Sequence record: OQ790161.1
Length of the DNA stretch: 64,000 bases
Reading direction: 5' to 3' (one strand)
The position numbers and the translations under genes were made by a program. The notes under the pieces were generated by a model, which saw nothing but the letters and a program-made list of their open reading frames with translations, searched no databases and was not told where the DNA came from. Positions within the stretch are counted from its first letter, which is position 1. Every line of letters starts with the position of its first letter. This document shows positions 59,157-64,000 of the stretch, one piece after another.

Positions 59157-59684
59157 ATGGATACCAATACGCCAGAAGCCAAGAGAATCATCGAACTGGT
59201 GGCCAAGGAACTCCCGGCACACATACGGGACTATCCTTCCTTCGTAGTGGTTGAGAAGGCTCAAGGAAAAGAAATGGCCAACTTCGCCCGTGCACTCGTG
59301 GCGACTGCGCCGGCTCAGAAGCGGACATCCGGGTTTGATCGGACCGTAGCGATCGGTGAGAACGACGTCTACAAGGCTCACACGCGAATCGACCAAGCCG
59401 TTCAGAACGAGATCAATCGACTGGGCGCCACCGTGGAGGCCTACGGGATTTACACGCAGAGTCTGGCAGTGGTACTGCGCGACGTACTTCCCATGGTGGA
59501 AGAAACGGTGGAATCCACCGGTGAACTGGGCCGTGATTTTATCGAAGCCTACCAACAGGAAAAGCGTCTTCTGCAACGTGCCAAGGCGGTACTCAAGGCG
59601 GTGGATGAAGATCCCATCCTCCATGTTCGTGACGTCTACGCCCAGGACGTCGATGAGCAATTTGACATCAAGTTTGAGGAGTAA
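59157..59684 (+). CDS. Paralog array member 6 (175 aa)
   Basis: LAVVLRDVLPMV ... VDEQFDIKFEE. Confidence 0.75.
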   Translation: MDTNTPEAKRIIELVAKELPAHIRDYPSFVVVEKAQGKEMANFARALVATAPAQKRTSGFDRTVAIGENDVYKAHTRIDQAVQNEINRLGATVEAYGIYTQSLAVVLRDVLPMVEETVESTGELGRDFIEAYQQEKRLLQRAKAVLKAVDEDPILHVRDVYAQDVDEQFDIKFEE

Positions 59685-59802
59685 CGGGATCTCAAAACTA
59701 TACCATCCTCTTGTAACCACAAGTAAAAGGTGTAGGATGTTCCCGAAGTGAAGTGGATTTTTACAGGTCTTATTAACGGTATAGATACCCAAAGGAAACC
59801 TG

Positions 59803-60423
59803 ATGGCACTTTTGATTGATGGCGATGCCATGTCGTTTCGTGCGGCGCTCTATGGCCGACCCGCTGAGACGACAGTCAATTTCCTGCAACAGCAGTTCAA
59901 CGACCCGTCCCGCGCGTTGAGCTTTGCCAACAACTCGTTCTTCGATCGTGCACGCAGCATGTTCGAGACCAACTTCAACGAAGAGGCCATGGCCAAGTAT
60001 GATTCGGTTCGCCGCAATCTGCACACGGTCTGGGACATGGACGACATCCGACCGTTGTTGACGTTGGATGCAATGCAGCAGGCCAAGCCTGTGATGCAGC
60101 GCTGGCTGATGGCCAATCCGTTCTTGCGCAACCTGCACAAGCAAGGACGTATCGAAGCCTTCGGCGATTCGTACGTGGACCACAAGAACCAAGGCATCGG
60201 TGTGGACCATTACGACTGGCGCCTGGCGCGCAACGGCTTTGCTACCTTCAATGACGAAACCGAGTGGGAAGCAACCACCTACGGTGATGAGTTGTTGGAA
60301 GGCGATGTTGAGCCGACGTTCTTGGAAAAGGTGGCTATCGACCAAACGTGGGCCGCAGCAGAAATCGAGATGCTGTTTGGCACGCGCGATGTGACCTCGC
60401 CCGAGAACAATGAGTGGGGATAA
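59803..60423 (+). CDS. Conserved core protein of the chmA block (206 aa)
   Basis: MQRWLMANP...DHYDWR pattern recalled from phiKZ-like core genes; exact ortholog number uncertain. Confidence 0.6.
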   Translation: MALLIDGDAMSFRAALYGRPAETTVNFLQQQFNDPSRALSFANNSFFDRARSMFETNFNEEAMAKYDSVRRNLHTVWDMDDIRPLLTLDAMQQAKPVMQRWLMANPFLRNLHKQGRIEAFGDSYVDHKNQGIGVDHYDWRLARNGFATFNDETEWEATTYGDELLEGDVEPTFLEKVAIDQTWAAAEIEMLFGTRDVTSPENNEWG

Positions 60424-60488
60424 GTATGTGAGCCGGGACCCTTCGGGGTCCCGGTAATCGACCGTTCTTTTTCTTTTAGGAAGTAACC

Positions 60489-60902
60489 ATGACGGACGTC
60501 GTCCCCACCCTCAGCACGGCCGGATTCGTCTCTGACGTTCCGTCCATGATTGACCGTATGCTGGCGTATTACCTCACCAGCGATTTCTCGCAGTCCAACG
60601 TGTTCTTCGGTCAAGTCGTCTCGCTGCAAAAGCAGATGCAACAGTACCAACACGATACCCTGACCCTTCAGACGCGCATCCGCGAAGAACTGACGGGTTA
60701 TTTCGGCGGGGCGTTCGATTCGGTCACGGTCAACGTGAGTACCGAGATCCCCAACCCCGATGATCCCAACCGTATCAACGTGACGGTTGAAGCCATCATT
60801 GTCAAGGACGGTAAGTCCTACAGTGTCGGCAAACTGATTGAGACCCAAAACTCGATCACCCAGAAAATCATCAACCTCAACAACGAAGGCGTCTCCGCAT
60901 GA
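60489..60902 (+). CDS. Conserved core protein (137 aa)
   Basis: VPTLSTAGFV..SDFSQSN pattern; TAGGAAG RBS. Confidence 0.6.
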   Translation: MTDVVPTLSTAGFVSDVPSMIDRMLAYYLTSDFSQSNVFFGQVVSLQKQMQQYQHDTLTLQTRIREELTGYFGGAFDSVTVNVSTEIPNPDDPNRINVTVEAIIVKDGKSYSVGKLIETQNSITQKIINLNNEGVSA

Positions 60903-61609
60903 GTTCCAAGCCCGCCAAGAAGGCAACCAAGAAGGTAGCCACCAAGACCACCGCCAAGAAAGCGCCGGTCCGCAGTGCACCGCCGAAGGGTAACACCGCA
61001 CCGAAGCCCGATCTGCTGGCCGCTGGCCTTGCCCAAGCGCAGCAGCGCCTGCAGGACCTGTCTCCCGAAGAACAGCGCAAGCAAGCCCAGGTCCTGATGG
61101 GCCGTCTGATCAGTGAAGTCTCCCGTGTCAGCGCGCAGGCTGGTTTCCTGCTCAAGACCGGCCAGACCCAGTACTCCGAAGTGACCGGTCGCCTGGACTA
61201 CCTGGACGCCTGCGTGGCCATGATCGCCGAAGCCCTGCATATCGAACTGCCCAAGCGCCTGCCGCCGCTGCTCGATGCCACCGTCGAGCTGCTGACCGAA
61301 GCCGAAGTGCCGGCAGGCGAAAACTGGGAACTGCAAGCAGTGGCCCATGCCAAGTCGCATCCGGTCTACGGCAAGATCGAAGTGGTCATCGGCGTGGGTG
61401 AAGAAGCCCGTTCCGAATCGGTGGAGCGCATGCATCCGGCCGTGGCCGCGCGCCTGAAGGAAGCCTTCGCTGCGCGCGAAGCCGCCGGCACGCTGGTGTA
61501 CGGTTACTTCTACACCGTCCGACTGCACATGGTCCATGCCGGTGCGATCGACGAGTCCAGCGTTGCGCTGGCTGACGAAGGAAACAGTGGCGATGTCCAA
61601 CAAGCCTGA
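60899..61609 (+). CDS. Hypothetical protein with Lys/Ala/Thr-rich histone-H1-like N-terminal tail (236 aa)
   Basis: MSSKPAKKATKKVATKTTAKKAP then a predicted coiled coil. Confidence 0.72.
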   Translation: MSSKPAKKATKKVATKTTAKKAPVRSAPPKGNTAPKPDLLAAGLAQAQQRLQDLSPEEQRKQAQVLMGRLISEVSRVSAQAGFLLKTGQTQYSEVTGRLDYLDACVAMIAEALHIELPKRLPPLLDATVELLTEAEVPAGENWELQAVAHAKSHPVYGKIEVVIGVGEEARSESVERMHPAVAARLKEAFAAREAAGTLVYGYFYTVRLHMVHAGAIDESSVALADEGNSGDVQQA

Positions 61610-62180
61610 TTCCCGCGCTCTCGAAGAACCGCGTCGCACCCCACCGGACGTACTGGAAGCCATGCGTGAGCTGGCTGAAGCGGACAAAGTGGAAGTGGCT
61701 CGCATGTCCGAGCCGATGTTCCGCGAACACATCCTGCCGATGCTCTCCGCACCGGCCGGTGCGCGTGTGGACCTGACGCGTTGGTTGGAAGTGGCCGGTA
61801 CGCCCCTGCGTGCCATCGATGTGGTCGATGACCATACCGGTGAGACGATCTTCCGGGTTCCGGCCCTGATGCGTACCATTCCCACGGTCGCCCAGCAGGA
61901 AGTGAACTTCAACACCATCGTAGTCGAATCGATCGCTCACGAGAACGTGCACCCGGCCGCCGCTGATCGTTACCTGTTTCAGCAGTTCTCCCGTGTCCGT
62001 ACCGGTCACACCCTGCTGGACATCCCCACGGCACGTGCGTGGAATGATATTCGCAAGCGCTATGATCTGCCCCTGATTCCGATCCCTGCCGGCGACGGTA
62101 CGTTGGAAACGGGCACCACTCCCACTGCCAGTTCCGGCCACGGCCAACTGGTTGTCGAGGATGATCAAACCGACTTCTAA
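61593..62180 (+). CDS. Conserved core protein (195 aa)
   Basis: WLEVAGTP...IDVVD..GETIFRVPAL pattern; AAGGA RBS. Confidence 0.62.
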   Translation: MSNKPDSRALEEPRRTPPDVLEAMRELAEADKVEVARMSEPMFREHILPMLSAPAGARVDLTRWLEVAGTPLRAIDVVDDHTGETIFRVPALMRTIPTVAQQEVNFNTIVVESIAHENVHPAAADRYLFQQFSRVRTGHTLLDIPTARAWNDIRKRYDLPLIPIPAGDGTLETGTTPTASSGHGQLVVEDDQTDF

Positions 62181-62191
62181 CTGGTAGAGCA

Positions 62192-63307
62192 ATGAAGCCT
62201 GATTTGTACCTTGCCTCCACTTCGGATATTCACTGCGGTCACAAAAAGACCAATACGGAGTGGGTCATCAAAACCCTGCGCCGGGAGTTTCCGGACACTG
62301 CATCAACCCACGCGTTGGACTTGATTCTTTTCGGTGGCGATTTCTTCGATCAGCTTCTGCACTTGAACCAGTACGATGTTCCAATGATCTTGGAGTGGGG
62401 CGGGCTCTTCTTCCAGATGGCTGAAGAGCACAAGATCGAAGTTTACTTCCTCGAAGGTACGCCTTCCCACGACTGGCGCCAGCAGCGCCTGTTGGAAGTA
62501 CTGAAGCGATTGGGGCACGGTCGCAACCATGTTCACTTTGTGGATGAGTTGTCGATCGTGCACAATGAACGTCTAGGGATTGACATCTTGTTCGTGCCAG
62601 ATGAATGGCGTCCCGAACCGGATGACACGTGGATGGAAGTTCGGCAGCTGCTGCTGGAGAAGGGCCTTGAGAAGGTGGACTTCACCGTCCTCCACGGGGC
62701 CTTTGATTTTCAGCTCCCTGCCCACGTCACCGTGCCTAAGCACACGGCTGAACGCTACCAGAATATCACCCGCCATCGGGTATTCGGGGCGCACATCCAC
62801 ACCCCTTCCGTGCACGGCAACATCCGTGTCAACGGCTCCCTCGAGCGCTTGGCGCACAACGAGGAAGAAGACAAGGGTCACTGGCGTGTCCGTTTCAAAG
62901 ACGGAGAAGTGGACCATGAGAAATTCGTGGTCAACAAGCACGCCAAGATCTACCGCACCATTGATTGCACCAAGACCGAATTGGACGATGCATTGACCCT
63001 CGTGCGCAAAGAGGTTCAGGCGATGCCCGATGACAGTCACGTGCGTATCCGTGCGAACAAAGGCGAACCGGTGCTGGCCAGTCTGGATGTGCTGCGTAAG
63101 CAGTTCCCCCAGATCCACTGGAGCACCAAAGCCATCGAGACTGAGGAGGTGCAACAAAACCTCTTGGTCGACCTGCGGGCGACTTACAGTCAAGTCCAGA
63201 TCACACCGGACAATATCCAAGAGCTCCTCCTGAACCGGCTGGAGATGATGGCAATTGATCCGGTGGTATTGGCGCGTTGCCAACAACGAATTGGAGAACT
63301 GGGTTAA
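62192..63307 (+). CDS. SbcD/Mre11-family metallophosphoesterase nuclease (phiKZ gp65-like)
   Basis: SDIHCGH, GGDFFD, EGTPSHD, VLHG, AHIH metal-binding motifs. Confidence 0.85.
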   Translation: MKPDLYLASTSDIHCGHKKTNTEWVIKTLRREFPDTASTHALDLILFGGDFFDQLLHLNQYDVPMILEWGGLFFQMAEEHKIEVYFLEGTPSHDWRQQRLLEVLKRLGHGRNHVHFVDELSIVHNERLGIDILFVPDEWRPEPDDTWMEVRQLLLEKGLEKVDFTVLHGAFDFQLPAHVTVPKHTAERYQNITRHRVFGAHIHTPSVHGNIRVNGSLERLAHNEEEDKGHWRVRFKDGEVDHEKFVVNKHAKIYRTIDCTKTELDDALTLVRKEVQAMPDDSHVRIRANKGEPVLASLDVLRKQFPQIHWSTKAIETEEVQQNLLVDLRATYSQVQITPDNIQELLLNRLEMMAIDPVVLARCQQRIGELG

Positions 63308-64000
63308 TGAACATGATCCAAGTCATTGTCGACAATCGCGACAAAGGACAGGTGCCGATTACGATCGGCACTTCACTCGCACTGGAGGCAGGAGCTGGCG
63401 TGTATCCGGACCGTCCGGAGATGCCACCCCCGTTCATGCGAGTCCGGCAACTGTGGGTGAATCTGCGCACGATTGTCCGTAATCTTTATGGATGCCTGCC
63501 CACTGACGTTAAGGAGTCTGTACTCCCGGACGATATGTGGCAAGCGGCTCTGGAAGAGCTGTCAGTGATCGAGGCGGCCGTCAAGGAAGCCTCCAAGGGG
63601 CACACCCAGGTGGTGTTCTACGTGAGCGACTACAAGCGCTTGCAGGGACGTTATCCGGGCGCCGTCTTGAAGGAAGCCAAGACACCCAAACAGATCTTCC
63701 AACAGAAACTGGAGGAGACCACACTCCAGCTGATGCTCAAGAACAACCATCAGCAGGAAGTGAAATTCTTCGAGTTTGGTATCGAAGGTCAGTATCCGGA
63801 AAGCTTCATCATCACCCACTTGCCTGTGGATCTTCTGGCCCGCTACCGGTTCACGCGACTGGAGCTGCTGGAATCGCACACCGGCAAGATCAAGGGACCG
63901 GCGGAGTGGAACACGAAACTGACCAACGGTAAAGAGCTGGCAAACATCCCGTTCAATGCTTTCACCCTGCAACTCTTCGGGGATAACGGAAACATGTTCT
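63307..64000 (+). CDS. Conserved core protein (phiKZ gp66-like), truncated by the window end
   Basis: ATG overlaps the SbcD stop; PITIGTSLALE..LWVNLRTIVRN pattern; absent from the ORF track because there is no stop in the window. Confidence 0.65.
   Translation, partial: MNMIQVIVDNRDKGQVPITIGTSLALEAGAGVYPDRPEMPPPFMRVRQLWVNLRTIVRNLYGCLPTDVKESVLPDDMWQAALEELSVIEAAVKEASKGHTQVVFYVSDYKRLQGRYPGAVLKEAKTPKQIFQQKLEETTLQLMLKNNHQQEVKFFEFGIEGQYPESFIITHLPVDLLARYRFTRLELLESHTGKIKGPAEWNTKLTNGKELANIPFNAFTLQLFGDNGNMF

Noticed and set aside
1-64000. CRISPR array, tRNA, rRNA, IS or integrase
   Set aside because: No regularly spaced direct repeats, cloverleaf or transposase/recombinase motifs were seen by eye; tRNAscan and CRISPR finders were not run

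Overview
A 64-kb segment of a GC-rich, phiKZ-like (Chimalliviridae, nucleus-forming) jumbo phage genome. Core modules in order: N-terminal part of the tape-measure/tail protein; the virion RNA polymerase (vRNAP) block (beta' split by an ORF-less group I intron in its catalytic DFDGD motif, a head protein, beta, a fifth subunit, prohead protease); an accessory region (36-aa glycine-zipper peptide, BCS1-like AAA ATPase, DUF488-like protein, HslV-like peptidase); tail tube, tail sheath, three structural genes, a free-standing HNH endonuclease and the terminase large subunit; a second accessory region (SMI1/KNR4 protein, lipoprotein); tubulin PhuZ; an array of about nine small divergent paralogs; a candidate structured ncRNA; split family-B DNA polymerase; nuclear shell protein chimallin; non-virion RNAP (nvRNAP) beta'; a six-member paralog array with a shared acidic C-terminal motif; SbcD-like nuclease and a truncated downstream core gene. 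Several single-base indels in short homopolymers break essential genes and are probably consensus errors. No tRNA, rRNA or CRISPR array was seen. Homolog names come from remembered motifs and synteny, not from database searches.
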